Positions 1 to 10,080 are shown, counted from the first letter of the stretch. The stretch: 64,000 bases of DNA from an uncultured Bacteroidales bacterium (GCA_963840975.1 CAWJBC010000002.1:580253-644252); one strand, 5' to 3'. The notes: generated from the letters alone by a model not told the origin. Numbers and translations are program-made.

Positions 1-746
1 CAGGAGTTTCGGTAAGTGTATTCACACCCAACAGGGTTGGAGAGTGGTTTGGTCGTGTGTTTATCCTCGAGAAATCAAATCCCTGGAAAGGTGTTTTTAT
101 CACAATGATCGGCAGCTTCAGTCAGCTTCTGATAACCATCATTGTTGGGGCAGTTTGCCTTCTGTTTTATATTCCCATTTATTTCAAGGAATTCGCCATT
201 TATTCGGACTTTTTATTTTATGGAATTATTTTCATTGTAACAATAATCATTGCGGGACTTATCCTCATTTTTTTGAATGTCACGGCACTTCCTGCATATA
301 TAAGCCACATTATCAAAAAAAGATTTGTCCACTTTAGTGAATATTTTTCCGTTATTTCAAAATTTACAACTTTTGAGTTGACAACAGTATTGTTGCTTAG
401 TTTTCTGAGATATTGTGTTTTCTCACTTCAGTTTTATCTGTTTCTAATGGCTTATTCGGTAAATATTCCTTTTATACACGGACTGATGATCATTTCGGTG
501 GTTTTCATGATCATGACAGCAATTCCAACAGTTACACTTGCCGAGCTTGGGATCAGAGGTTCCGTCTCTCTTTATTTTATCGGTTTATATTTTACGCACT
601 TTTCTGAAATGACTGATAAGGTCAATCTTGGGATACTCTCTGCCTCTTCATCTCTTTGGCTCGTAAACCTTGCCATACCAGCTATTCTGGGTACTTTTTT
701 TGTTTACCGGTTAAGATTTTTCAGAAGGAGAGCCAATAATGACTGA
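1..746 (+). CDS. Multi-pass membrane protein, flippase-like/UPF0104 (lysyl-phosphatidylglycerol synthase TM-region-like); 5' end lies outside the window
   Basis: The frame is open from nt 3, with no stop before the listed Met at 57. The protein is very hydrophobic with several TM helices. An 8-nt overlap with the downstream GT2 gene is a typical pairing for this family. Confidence 0.5.
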   Translation, partial: GVSVSVFTPNRVGEWFGRVFILEKSNPWKGVFITMIGSFSQLLITIIVGAVCLLFYIPIYFKEFAIYSDFLFYGIIFIVTIIIAGLILIFLNVTALPAYISHIIKKRFVHFSEYFSVISKFTTFELTTVLLLSFLRYCVFSLQFYLFLMAYSVNIPFIHGLMIISVVFMIMTAIPTVTLAELGIRGSVSLYFIGLYFTHFSEMTDKVNLGILSASSSLWLVNLAIPAILGTFFVYRLRFFRRRANND

Positions 747-1890
747 TCCCTATTTGATATACCTTTTACTGTTGGTGGTATTTGGTTTGATATATCTTGT
801 TATCATTGGAATTTATACCATCGGATGGTACAGACTTAAAACCTGTTCGATAACCGTTAAAACATTATCAACCACCGTAACCGTCATTATTCCTTCACGC
901 AACGAAGAGTCCAACATTGGTCATATTCTTGAGGATATTGCCCGGCAGAATTACCCAAAAAATCTTTATGAGGCTATTATTGTAGATGATAACTCCGAAG
1001 ACGGCACTCACGGAATTGTCCGCGATTTTATTCATCAACATCCTGATCTGAAAATAAAATTGTTAAGCATTGCAGAAGATCATACCACCCGGTCTTACAA
1101 AAAAAAAGCGATCAACCTTGCCATTGAAACCGCCACCGGTGATTTGATCATTACCACCGATGCCGATTGCCGGATGGGCGACCAATGGTTGATTTCACTG
1201 ATAGATTTCTATGAAACGGAAAAACCAAAAATGATAGTTGGACCGGTGGGTTTCCACAACGAAAAAACCTGGTTCGAAAAAATTCAGTCAGTTGAATTTC
1301 TCAGCCTTATCGGAATCACAGCAGGAGCCATAAGTGCAGGGAAACCCATCATGTGCAATGGCGCCAACCTGGCTTATGAAAAAAGTGCATTTTATGAAGC
1401 CGGGGGATTCGGGAACGACAGCTTCACGTCAGGAGATGATGTATTTCTGCTTTTTAAATTAAAAAAACGGTTTGGGAATAAATCTGTCCGGTTTCTAAAA
1501 AGCGAAAGTTCGTTTGTTTTTACCGAAGCTAAAAAAAATCTCACGGAATTTCTTCATCAACGGACAAGATGGGCATCAAAAAACAAAGGATATAACGCTA
1601 AGATTTTAACGGTTTCGTTTACGGTTTTTATGGTAAACTTGTTGTTGGTTTTTGGGTTAATATGGGGAATGTTTGATTCAGAGATAGCTGGCAACATACT
1701 CATATTTTACATAATTAAACTTGGAATTGAGCTTCCCATATTGTTAGGTATTGTTAGCTTTGCCAATCGGTTGCGATTGTTGTGGTATGCTTTCCCGTTA
1801 ATTTTTTTATACCCGGTTTATATAATTGTAACGGGAGCTATGGGGATTTTAGCGACATATCAATGGAAAGGAAGAACCGTAAAACGGTAA
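739..1890 (+). CDS. Family 2 glycosyltransferase (membrane-anchored, processive type)
   Basis: N-terminal TM helix, then 'VTVIIPSRNEE', 'DDNSEDGT', a DxD motif in 'TDADC' and 'QRTRWA' (QxxRW-type). C-terminal TM helices are also present. Confidence 0.85.
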   Translation: MTDPYLIYLLLLVVFGLIYLVIIGIYTIGWYRLKTCSITVKTLSTTVTVIIPSRNEESNIGHILEDIARQNYPKNLYEAIIVDDNSEDGTHGIVRDFIHQHPDLKIKLLSIAEDHTTRSYKKKAINLAIETATGDLIITTDADCRMGDQWLISLIDFYETEKPKMIVGPVGFHNEKTWFEKIQSVEFLSLIGITAGAISAGKPIMCNGANLAYEKSAFYEAGGFGNDSFTSGDDVFLLFKLKKRFGNKSVRFLKSESSFVFTEAKKNLTEFLHQRTRWASKNKGYNAKILTVSFTVFMVNLLLVFGLIWGMFDSEIAGNILIFYIIKLGIELPILLGIVSFANRLRLLWYAFPLIFLYPVYIIVTGAMGILATYQWKGRTVKR

Positions 1891-1933
1891 AACCGGTTAA
1901 TTTGATCATTACATTAGAAAAAAATAATTTGTT

Positions 1934-2872
1934 ATGAAATTCAGAAGCACGTTAAAACAAATTGATCATTTCGAAATAAAAAAAATTTTGGACGCAAAAG
2001 ACCAGCGGGTCGTTTTCGATAAGACCAATATCATTCCAGACCACCGGAGCCTGTCAGCGGATTTGAGAAAATATGTCAGTTATGAGAAGATAACGAGGAA
2101 ATCAGTATTGGGTATTGATATGTTTCAGTACAGTTCCTATGGTGAGTTTGAACAGACACTTATTCCTTTTCTGTTTAAGATCATGTTTGAATCAACGATA
2201 AAGCTGTGTCTTCAAAATCATCAGTTTATTTTTCAGAAATATAATTCTGAAAGGATTGAACGGAATTTTATCAGCACCGGCGATGGCGGGTTTCTCCTGT
2301 TCGACAATCCAATGCAGTCACTGCTTTTTGCCTGCAATTTTGCAGTCGTACTGCGAACCTATAACGCTTATCACTATTATCCGCGATTGCGGAGAATTAT
2401 CGGCGGGATCAGCATGAGATACGCAATTACTTACGACAAGGTTTATACCTTCAACCAGAATTATTACGGAAGGGGAATTATCAACAATGCACGGATACTG
2501 ATGAAGGACGACCTAAATCGTTGTTTGGTGGATGAACATTTCCATAGTTGGTTTACCACCAACCTTGATGGTGTGGAAAATCTACAAATTGTAACACTTG
2601 ATGACGTAGCAAACATTTTTGAATTCAGCAAAGACTACGATAAAAGTTACCTGCAACATGGAGATGAAATTTTCGAAAACGAACCTTCAAGAAAATATGG
2701 CATCATCAACTCTGATATACTGAAAGTGGGGGTAATTCAATCAAAGGAAACAGCCATTAGCGTTTACAATCTTCATCTGCAGGTAACTATACGGCTGGTA
2801 AACGATGATGATCCCGATCAAAAGCGTCTTATAACGGTGAGTCTTGGGAACCTGAACACAACCGGAATATAA
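1934..2872 (+). CDS. Class III nucleotidyl cyclase-like protein with an unassigned C-terminal region
   Basis: Ordered motifs 'VLGIDMFQYSSY', 'STGDGGFLLF' and 'MRYAITYDKVY...YYGRGIINNARI' resemble the cyclase palm fold. There is no TM, sensor or effector domain. Confidence that this is a real ORF is high. The functional call is from motifs only. Confidence 0.5.
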   Translation: MKFRSTLKQIDHFEIKKILDAKDQRVVFDKTNIIPDHRSLSADLRKYVSYEKITRKSVLGIDMFQYSSYGEFEQTLIPFLFKIMFESTIKLCLQNHQFIFQKYNSERIERNFISTGDGGFLLFDNPMQSLLFACNFAVVLRTYNAYHYYPRLRRIIGGISMRYAITYDKVYTFNQNYYGRGIINNARILMKDDLNRCLVDEHFHSWFTTNLDGVENLQIVTLDDVANIFEFSKDYDKSYLQHGDEIFENEPSRKYGIINSDILKVGVIQSKETAISVYNLHLQVTIRLVNDDDPDQKRLITVSLGNLNTTGI

Positions 2873-2875
2873 ACC

Positions 2876-4063
2876 TTACCAGGCTTTGCAGATAAGCCCT
2901 TTCAGGTAAAAACTTTCAGGAAAATTCATCAATACCGGATGATCGTGAGATTGCTGAAGTAATGCTAATTGTTGCACGCGCCTTCCTGAGTCAATAGCAG
3001 CATCCGAAACAACTTTTCGAAACAACTCCGGAACGATATGTCCAGAACACGAAAATGTAAACAATACTCCGCCTGGTTTAAGCAGTTTAAAAGCCAAAAG
3101 GTTAATGTCTTTATATCCCCGCAAAGCTCCATCCAACTGACTTTTTGATTCGGCAAACTTTGGAGGATCAAGGACGATTACATCAAAGCTTTTTGCACTA
3201 TCCCTGTAAGTCCTCAGAATTTTGAACACATCCCCTTCCACCTGATCAGACTTTGAACCATCAAGTCCGTTTAAGAAGATATTTTTCTCAACCATCTTCA
3301 GGCTTTCTGCCGAACTGTCAATATTTGTAATGTGGCTGGCACCGGCTTTAAGGGCTACAATACCAAAGCCTCCCGAATAAGAAAAACAATTCAGAACCTC
3401 ATTGCCATTGCAATATTCCTTTATCAATCCGCGGTTGTTTCGCTGATCCAAATAAAATCCTGTTTTGTGACCGGTTTTTATATTTGCAAAATACTTTATT
3501 TCCCCTTCATAAATTGTTATTTCTGATGGGGGTTCTTCTCCAAAGATGACACCCGTCTGTTTCTCAAGTCCTTCTTTAATTCTTGAGTCGGAATCAGACC
3601 GTTCGAAAATTCCCAAAGGATTAAACTCTTCAGCCAAAAGCTCTACAATCTGTTTCCTCCAAAATTCAGCCCCTGCCGAAAGAAACTGACATACCAGAAA
3701 TTGATCATATTTATCTACAATCAATCCCGGAATTCCATCAGCCTCTGCATTAATTATCCTGTATGCATTGGTGACATCTTCATGCAGCATGTGAGACCGG
3801 ACATTTTTTGACTTATGAAACAGTTTCCTTAGATATTCTTTGTCAATTTTTTCGCTTCTGTCAAATGTCCATACCCTGGCAACAATTTGGGAATGCTCAG
3901 AATAAGATGCAATGGCAAGGGTTTCGCCCCCAAAAGACCTTATTTCGATGGTTTCTCCGTTTTGTTTAATTTCCGCCATTTTATCAACTGCGCCCGAAAA
4001 CACCCAGGGATGCTGGCGCAGAAGAGATTTCTCTCTGCCTTTCTTTAGTACAAGATGTCCCAT
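2876..4063 (-). CDS. rlmI: 23S rRNA m5C methyltransferase RlmI-type (PUA + class I SAM methyltransferase)
   Basis: N-terminus 'LVLKKGREKSLLRQHPWVFSGAV' is typical of RlmI. The SAM-binding 'VLNCFSYSGGFG' and 'VIVLDPPKF' motifs are present. Confidence 0.85.
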   Translation of the reverse strand: MGHLVLKKGREKSLLRQHPWVFSGAVDKMAEIKQNGETIEIRSFGGETLAIASYSEHSQIVARVWTFDRSEKIDKEYLRKLFHKSKNVRSHMLHEDVTNAYRIINAEADGIPGLIVDKYDQFLVCQFLSAGAEFWRKQIVELLAEEFNPLGIFERSDSDSRIKEGLEKQTGVIFGEEPPSEITIYEGEIKYFANIKTGHKTGFYLDQRNNRGLIKEYCNGNEVLNCFSYSGGFGIVALKAGASHITNIDSSAESLKMVEKNIFLNGLDGSKSDQVEGDVFKILRTYRDSAKSFDVIVLDPPKFAESKSQLDGALRGYKDINLLAFKLLKPGGVLFTFSCSGHIVPELFRKVVSDAAIDSGRRVQQLALLQQSHDHPVLMNFPESFYLKGLICKAW

Positions 4064-4132
4064 TAATTATATCAATTAACAACAATTTAACACTTTAAAT
4101 ATCAGAAACGCTTTATTTAATAAATAGAAAAT

Positions 4133-4140
4133 TATCTTTG
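4133..4140 (+). promoter_or_regulatory. Candidate Bacteroidota -7 box (TATCTTTG = TAnnTTTG)
   Basis: Exact TAnnTTTG match about 40 nt upstream of the 4181 start codon. Confidence 0.35.
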
Positions 4141-4180
4141 CCGGCGAAAATAATGTTAATATTCAAAAATTCAGCATTCT

Positions 4181-5287
4181 ATGAAAAACACTTTTCTAAT
4201 TCTTCTCTCAATTGTAATTCTTGCAGGCTGTAGTCAAAACCCTGTCGTAAAAAACGAATTTTCTATTCACGGAACCCTTACCGGCGATTATTCCGGTAAA
4301 GTTTACCTGCAAAAACGCGAGGCGGGAGAATGGGTAGTTCTTGATTCTGTGGCACTGGAAAATGGTGCGTTTCATTTTACAGGAAAGATTTCATTACCTG
4401 AAATGTATTATATCAAACTCGAAAATGATAACCGATTCGCTTCTTTTTTTGCAGAGCCTTCCGAAATAACCCTGACCGCGTCCATCGGTGAGTTAAATAA
4501 TGCCGTAATAGCCGGTTCAGCATCACAAGCAGAGTTTGAAGCTTATAAAAAAACCGTCAATACCTTTGATGAAAGGATGGAGATTGCATGGCAAAATATA
4601 AAAGCGATTCAGGAAGAAGGCAAAGAAGATAGTATTACAATATTTGAAAAGGATTATGAAACCGCAGAGAGTGATATGAAGCAGTTCATTTTGGACAATG
4701 CATTAAAAAACAATGCTTCCGTAGTTTCGGCTTACAGTTTGCTAAGCAATGCTTACATGTATGACGAAAAGGATATCGAACCCATTCTTGTGAATTTTGA
4801 CCCCACAATAAATGAATCTGTTTATGTGAAAAAATTAGCTGAAAGGGTGGAAGCGCTCAAAAAAGTTGCCATTGGACAACCTGCGATTGATTTTACAATG
4901 GCTGACACCAGCGGAAACCCGGTTGTCCTTTCGTCCTTGTTTGGAAAGTACCTGTTGGTGGATTTCTGGGCATCATGGTGTGGACCCTGCCGTGCAGAAA
5001 ATCCAAATGTGGTAGCAGCGTACAATAATTACAAGGATAAAGGATTTGACATTGTGGGCGTTTCATTTGATAAAGATAAAACAAAATGGTTACAGGCGAT
5101 TCAGGCAGACGGACTGACATGGCATCATGTAAGCGACCTCAAATATTGGGGAAGTGAAGCCGCTAAATTGTATGCAATCAATTCTATTCCATCCAATATT
5201 CTACTGGATCCGAATGGGATCATCATTGCCAAAAACCTCCGGGGTGAAGATTTATTAAGTAAGCTGGAAGAGTTGCTGGTAAAATAG
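4181..5287 (+). CDS. TlpA-family thiol:disulfide oxidoreductase lipoprotein (thioredoxin fold, N-terminal DUF4369-like domain)
   Basis: Lipoprotein signal 'LILLSIVILAGC'. The 'WASWCGPC' CxxC thioredoxin motif is present, and the C-terminal half is AhpC/TSA-like. Confidence 0.85.
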   Translation: MKNTFLILLSIVILAGCSQNPVVKNEFSIHGTLTGDYSGKVYLQKREAGEWVVLDSVALENGAFHFTGKISLPEMYYIKLENDNRFASFFAEPSEITLTASIGELNNAVIAGSASQAEFEAYKKTVNTFDERMEIAWQNIKAIQEEGKEDSITIFEKDYETAESDMKQFILDNALKNNASVVSAYSLLSNAYMYDEKDIEPILVNFDPTINESVYVKKLAERVEALKKVAIGQPAIDFTMADTSGNPVVLSSLFGKYLLVDFWASWCGPCRAENPNVVAAYNNYKDKGFDIVGVSFDKDKTKWLQAIQADGLTWHHVSDLKYWGSEAAKLYAINSIPSNILLDPNGIIIAKNLRGEDLLSKLEELLVK

Positions 5288-5302
5288 TTTTCAATATTAA
5301 TA

Positions 5303-5346
5303 AAAGAGTTATTTACCCCTGAACAGGGAAAATAACTCTTTTTTTA
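5303..5346. terminator. Bidirectional intrinsic terminator between convergent genes
   Basis: An 11-bp perfect stem, aaagagttatt...aataactcttt, encloses an inner ccctg/caggg stem. It is followed by a T-run on the + strand and preceded by an A-run. Confidence 0.6.
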
Positions 5347-5357
5347 TTGATCTACGT

Positions 5358-6557
5358 CTAATTACTCTTGATTAGTTTGATCTGTTTTGTTTGCGCCTGA
5401 CCAGTAAAGATCATTATATAAATGCCTTTTGACCTGCCTGTAATATTTAACGAATGTTTGCCTTGAGATAATCTTTTCTGGTAAACTTCATGACCAAGCC
5501 TATCAATTACAGAAACATCAGCATCTTCGCCCAGCTGAATATTTACAATTCCGGTTGTGGGGTTTGGTGATACCATAAATAGTTGTTGTTCCGCCACACT
5601 ATTTACAGCAGTGAGGTCAACATTATAGCACGAACTGGTATCAATACAAAAATCCTGCTCCAATATCACAGCATAATTACCGCTTACGTCAGGAGTAAAA
5701 CTCTGTTCAATTGCTCCATTGATAACTGAAAAATTATTGTCGCAATCCACCCACTGGTAAACAGCATCATCCAGATTAGCAATCAGCATAGGAAAGTTAA
5801 CAGTAATTGAAGTATCAATAACCGTTACGTTTAAAGTAAGATTTACAACAGAATCACAACCTGTTATAGCCACAAAAATTTCAGTATAATCTCCAGGTTC
5901 ATTCAAAACCTGTGTTCCAAAATTATAAACCTCACCGTTACAAATGGTGGCATACGTATCAAGAGTATCAACGTTCAATACTGTAATTATTATAGTTTCG
6001 GATTCCACCCAGCAAGCCGTATTTGACCCATTAAAAATATTAGCAAAGTATGGGCCTGATGTGTTAACCGAAATTGTTTGAGTTGTTTCACCGGTTGACC
6101 ATTCGTAGATCATTCCCGGAACTGCAGAAATGTCAACCGATCCACCTTCACAAAATTCCGGCTCCCCGGAAAGGGTTAATTCTGGTGAAGGTATTTCATA
6201 AACATTGACAATTTGAGTGACGGTGCTATCTAATAAGGTCACAAGGTCAGTCACGGTCAGGCTTACAGTATAAGTCCCTGCTTCCTCATAAACGTGAAAC
6301 TCAGGAATGGAGTCTGTTGTTGTTGTTCCATCTCCAAAATCCCAGAAATAAGTATCCGCATCAATGCTAGTATTTGTGAAATGGACTGTATCGCCCAAAC
6401 AAATTGATTCATCGCATGTAAAAATCGCAATTGGCAACGAACTCTTTACAACCGTATCGGTTGTTACAGCACCCCACAAATGAAGGCTATCCTGAAATTG
6501 AAAATGCAGCCGGTGCTCACCTTTCCAAATATTCGTCATATCAATATCCATCATCAA
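5358..6557 (-). CDS. Secreted PKD-domain protein with T9SS type A C-terminal sorting domain; probably the 3' part of one gene fused with 6541-7623
   Basis: 'FWDFGDGTTT...HVYEEAGTYTVSLTV' is a PKD signature. The C-terminus 'SPNPTTGIVNIQL...GIYIMIF' is T9SS CTD-like. The N-terminal 30 aa continue the repeat module of the upstream ORF. Confidence 0.75.
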   Translation of the reverse strand: MMMDIDMTNIWKGEHRLHFQFQDSLHLWGAVTTDTVVKSSLPIAIFTCDESICLGDTVHFTNTSIDADTYFWDFGDGTTTTDSIPEFHVYEEAGTYTVSLTVTDLVTLLDSTVTQIVNVYEIPSPELTLSGEPEFCEGGSVDISAVPGMIYEWSTGETTQTISVNTSGPYFANIFNGSNTACWVESETIIITVLNVDTLDTYATICNGEVYNFGTQVLNEPGDYTEIFVAITGCDSVVNLTLNVTVIDTSITVNFPMLIANLDDAVYQWVDCDNNFSVINGAIEQSFTPDVSGNYAVILEQDFCIDTSSCYNVDLTAVNSVAEQQLFMVSPNPTTGIVNIQLGEDADVSVIDRLGHEVYQKRLSQGKHSLNITGRSKGIYIMIFTGQAQTKQIKLIKSN

Positions 6558-7623
6558 TGTCTCTGGGGTTTACAGGATCCGTAAAAACAATTTCTTCTAC
6601 AGTGGAAGCATCCTCATCAAACCAGTATTTACATGCTGATACAAAGTTTTCTTCAATACTATTCACAACCGGTTTATAAAAGCTGGATGAAACAGGACTA
6701 CTCCATAACTTAGAATTATCGAGGAATTGCGCATGGATCATATGAAATCCGCTTGTGAGGGTATCAAGATCAACAATATCGCTGAGATAGAAGATTTGAC
6801 TTGGTCCAACATCCTGATAATTCGCATTATTGGATGCATCATCAACCCAATATTTAAAGGCGATGATTTCGGGCATTCCCAAATCCAAAACCGGAGCCTT
6901 GAAAAAGAATTGACTTACCGGACTGCTCCAAATGTCAGCATTGTCTTTAAATCTCACGTTTACGGAATGGATGCCTGTGGATAAAAAGTTTACATCCAAA
7001 TCAGTACTTAACAAAAGTTGCTGAGCCGGACCAATGGGTTCGGTGATCATTTCTGATATGTCATTATCAAACCAATAGCTGATTTCTACAATCTCTTTTG
7101 TTTGAGATTCAAAGATGGGAGCTTTAAAAAAGAACTGGCTCTGCGGACTATTCCAATTTCCTGCATTGTCTTTAAACCTGACATTTACAGAATGGACGCC
7201 TGTGGTTAATCCGGTTACATTGAGATCCGAATTGATTAATAGCTGTGTTGCAGGACCAATGGGCGCGGTTGTCATTCCCAGGATATCATCATCGAACCAA
7301 TAGCTGATTTCTACAATCTCCTTATTTCCTGAACCTGCAACAGGGGCTTTAAAAAAGAAACTGCTAATCACCCCGCTTGAGCGCGCGTTTTCATCCAGAA
7401 ACTGAATATTAAAGGAATGTATTCCTATAGTAATACCTTCTGTTGCTATCGAAGCATCAAAAGTATAGTGAGGCGCAGGATTGATAAATGAAGTTACCAT
7501 TTCTGAGATGTCATTATCAAACCAATAGGTGTATGAGCGAACATTATTTTGCGCCCATGTTACCATATTAGCAAACAGTAACAAGACGAAAATCAGTCTT
7601 TTGAAAAGTATAAATATTCTCAT
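6541..7623 (-). CDS. Secreted repeat protein (five ~70-75 aa 'YWFD(N/D)D' modules); probably the 5' part of the 5358-6557 gene
   Basis: A signal peptide is followed by repeated 'EISYWFD.DI..M...PIGPA.QLL...DL.V..L.TG.HSVNVRFKDNA..W.SP.SQFFFKAP' modules. The last module is completed in the next ORF after a +1 shift. Confidence 0.7.
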   Translation of the reverse strand: MRIFILFKRLIFVLLLFANMVTWAQNNVRSYTYWFDNDISEMVTSFINPAPHYTFDASIATEGITIGIHSFNIQFLDENARSSGVISSFFFKAPVAGSGNKEIVEISYWFDDDILGMTTAPIGPATQLLINSDLNVTGLTTGVHSVNVRFKDNAGNWNSPQSQFFFKAPIFESQTKEIVEISYWFDNDISEMITEPIGPAQQLLLSTDLDVNFLSTGIHSVNVRFKDNADIWSSPVSQFFFKAPVLDLGMPEIIAFKYWVDDASNNANYQDVGPSQIFYLSDIVDLDTLTSGFHMIHAQFLDNSKLWSSPVSSSFYKPVVNSIEENFVSACKYWFDEDASTVEEIVFTDPVNPRDIDDGY

Positions 7624-7625
7624 GA

Positions 7626-8648
7626 CTAATTCTGTTGTGCACTTACCCGGATAGTTACGTTCAGATTGCCATCAGGGTCAGTTACAGGTGCCACTTCTTT
7701 TAATGAAATATGAGGCGTAATAGGTACCGATCCCGCTTTGAACGGAAAAATTCCTCCATAGATGCCCACCTGGCTGTCATCGGTTCCCGGAAACATTTCA
7801 GGAGTTTGTAAATGAAAATCCTGGTCATACGAAAATTGATTTCCGCTTTGGTTAATGAAAATGGTGGCCGGATCCACTGAAAAATAATTACCATTGGTAA
7901 TTGAACTTGAACCAAAGTCAGGATTGGCAAACAGGAATAAATTGTTATAGCTTATATTTCCCGTACCATAAACAAAATAATTATTTGTATTCAGCACAAT
8001 GCAATTTGAAATTTCATTGTTATCGCAATACTGAAATACCCTACTATAAAACTGACCGTTATTAAACAATAAAATAAGATTTTTAAATTGATTGCTATTG
8101 CTATAAGTGATGTTCGACTGTAAAATACAATTTGAGACGATTGAATTGGTCACATTTTGCAAGTTGATAGCTTGCATAAAAACGCACTCTATAAAAGCAC
8201 CCTGTGTGCTGGGATTGGTTAAATTTCCAGTGAAATTTACCGTTCCATCAAACCTGCATCGCCTGAAGGTAAATTGATTTACTGACTCATTGGCTGTGGC
8301 GTTAAGTTGTACTGAAACCTCAACACCCTCTAAGTAAAAATTATCAGCGCCTTCCTTAAGCAATAGTGTCCCGGATATTAATGTGGGATTTGTAGCTTCT
8401 GTAGAATCGGGATGATATCCAACACCAAATATGATCAATCCTTTATTGATTTCAGCCGGTGGTGTAAAAGCGCCTCCCGGCAGATAAATTGTATCACCGG
8501 CAGATGCTGCATTATACGCATCTACAAAAGGCGAAACACCATTAAAATAATCAATACCCGTAGCACCATGAAGGGCAACAACACGTTGTCCGTAAGAACT
8601 GACTGAAAGCGCAACCAGCATTAAGAATAAATAACTTCTTGTTTTCAT
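7626..8648 (-). CDS. Secreted protein, probable right-handed parallel beta-helix fold
   Basis: Signal peptide 'MKTRSYLFLMLVALSVSSYG'. The sequence is Asn/Gly-rich and periodic, with repeated 'SNC(I/V)' rungs. It is the first gene of the operon that includes the two ORFs above. Confidence 0.55.
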   Translation of the reverse strand: MKTRSYLFLMLVALSVSSYGQRVVALHGATGIDYFNGVSPFVDAYNAASAGDTIYLPGGAFTPPAEINKGLIIFGVGYHPDSTEATNPTLISGTLLLKEGADNFYLEGVEVSVQLNATANESVNQFTFRRCRFDGTVNFTGNLTNPSTQGAFIECVFMQAINLQNVTNSIVSNCILQSNITYSNSNQFKNLILLFNNGQFYSRVFQYCDNNEISNCIVLNTNNYFVYGTGNISYNNLFLFANPDFGSSSITNGNYFSVDPATIFINQSGNQFSYDQDFHLQTPEMFPGTDDSQVGIYGGIFPFKAGSVPITPHISLKEVAPVTDPDGNLNVTIRVSAQQN

Positions 8649-9028
8649 TTTATTAAATTTTATGTGAATTTATAAGTATTTCCCTGTCAAAGAAGCGACA
8701 AGATCACGCAGGTCCGTGTAAGGGAATTGCTTCCCGTGAGTGCAAGAGTTATTTGAATGAGAAATTTAAGATCCAGCTTCGGAATAGGGAATTATGAGTT
8801 TTCCTTTTTCTGTCTTTTGCTGGCAACCCTTGTGTCAAGTCATCATTTTTTATACAACGATGAATTTATAAAGGTTACATGAAAGTTTTTTTAGCTCAAT
8901 ATTAAGGACCCATGAAGCCTAATAGTATAAGCCATTTGGGACTTAAAGCTAAAAAGTCAGGTTCGTGAATTGCAGGTTGTTTCTATGAAAGACGGGTTAA
9001 ACCCGGCATTTTTTCCGATTTGTCAGTT

Positions 9029-9700
9029 TTATTTTTTGGACAAGGCAATAATATCTTTTGGCTTTAATACCTTTTTATCGTAGTTATTCAACATTGTATT
9101 GATTATTGCCAATCCAATTTGAGTAGTGTTTACTACTGAATTGGGTGAAATAGCTTTGATGACTTTCACCAGCCACATAAAATAATCGTACATAAACTGA
9201 TAACTTTTTGTCCTGGATTTAATTCCTCTTAATGGGATGATGGCGCCAGGTCTGAACATAAAAGCTTGTTTAAAACCCAGGTTCAACAAATCATTCTCCG
9301 TCTTTCCTTTAACCCGCGCCCACATCATCGTGCCTTTTTCAGATGAATCAGTTCCCTGGCCTGAAACATAGTTGAATGTCATTTCCCGATTTAGTTCAAG
9401 TAGTGTATTTGCCAGCGATAAGGTAAAATCATAGGTGATCTTTTTATACTGTTCTTCCTTAAGGCCGGCTGCACTTATTCCCAGGCAGTAGAAACAGGCA
9501 TCATATCCCGAAAGCTGATCCCTGATAAGTGAGAAATCTATAAAATCATGATGGATCAACTCTTTCAACTTTGGATGTTCAATGCCGATAGCATTTCTGC
9601 CAACGACTAATACTTCTCCAATGGTTTTATGATCAAGGCATTCGAGAAGAACTCCTTTGCCTACCATTCCTGTCGCTCCAGTGATGATTACTTTTTTCAT
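9029..9700 (-). CDS. NAD(P)H-binding Rossmann-fold protein (atypical SDR/epimerase-like)
   Basis: N-terminal 'KKVIITGATGMVGKGV' dinucleotide-binding motif. Confidence 0.75.
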   Translation of the reverse strand: MKKVIITGATGMVGKGVLLECLDHKTIGEVLVVGRNAIGIEHPKLKELIHHDFIDFSLIRDQLSGYDACFYCLGISAAGLKEEQYKKITYDFTLSLANTLLELNREMTFNYVSGQGTDSSEKGTMMWARVKGKTENDLLNLGFKQAFMFRPGAIIPLRGIKSRTKSYQFMYDYFMWLVKVIKAISPNSVVNTTQIGLAIINTMLNNYDKKVLKPKDIIALSKK

Positions 9701-10080
9701 AGTTGTTATAAGATTTATTGAAATTATAGTAAAAGAACAAATTTGCAGGAACTTATTTATTTCACTTCCGGCTGCAATCTAATTTTCCAGCGAAAATAGC
9801 TTTTTAACCAGGGAATGCAACATTGCAGGTATCTACTGTTTTATTGAATAGCACAATTTTATCATCATTTCTATTTACAAAATCAGGAAAAAAAGACGAA
9901 TTGGTTCGTTGTATAAATGTTGAGGTTTTTTAGGCTTTGTCATATTCCATATCATTGAACTTGCCCAAATCACCAAAGTAAAAAAAACAGAATACACCAA
10001 CTGCAAAAACTAAAAAACCTTATTATTGCCGGTTTATTGAGAAGATGATTTAAATTTTATTTCCTTCATTTTATAGATAT

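Noticed and set aside
1934-2872. Cyclase-like gene as a Pycsar/CBASS-type defence system
   Set aside because: No adjacent effector (TM, TIR or cNMP-binding protein). The flanking genes are a glycosyltransferase and rlmI.
8991-9007. Terminator hairpin / possible sRNA end in the 380-nt spacer 8649-9028
   Set aside because: The stem is only about 4-5 bp (cggg-ttaa-cccg). I found no promoter or conserved structure to support an RNA gene.
9701-10080. Coding-like remnants on the minus strand in the 9701-10080 spacer
   Set aside because: Short peptide-like stretches are interrupted by stops in all frames, and I recognise no family. I cannot distinguish this from an AT-rich divergent promoter region.
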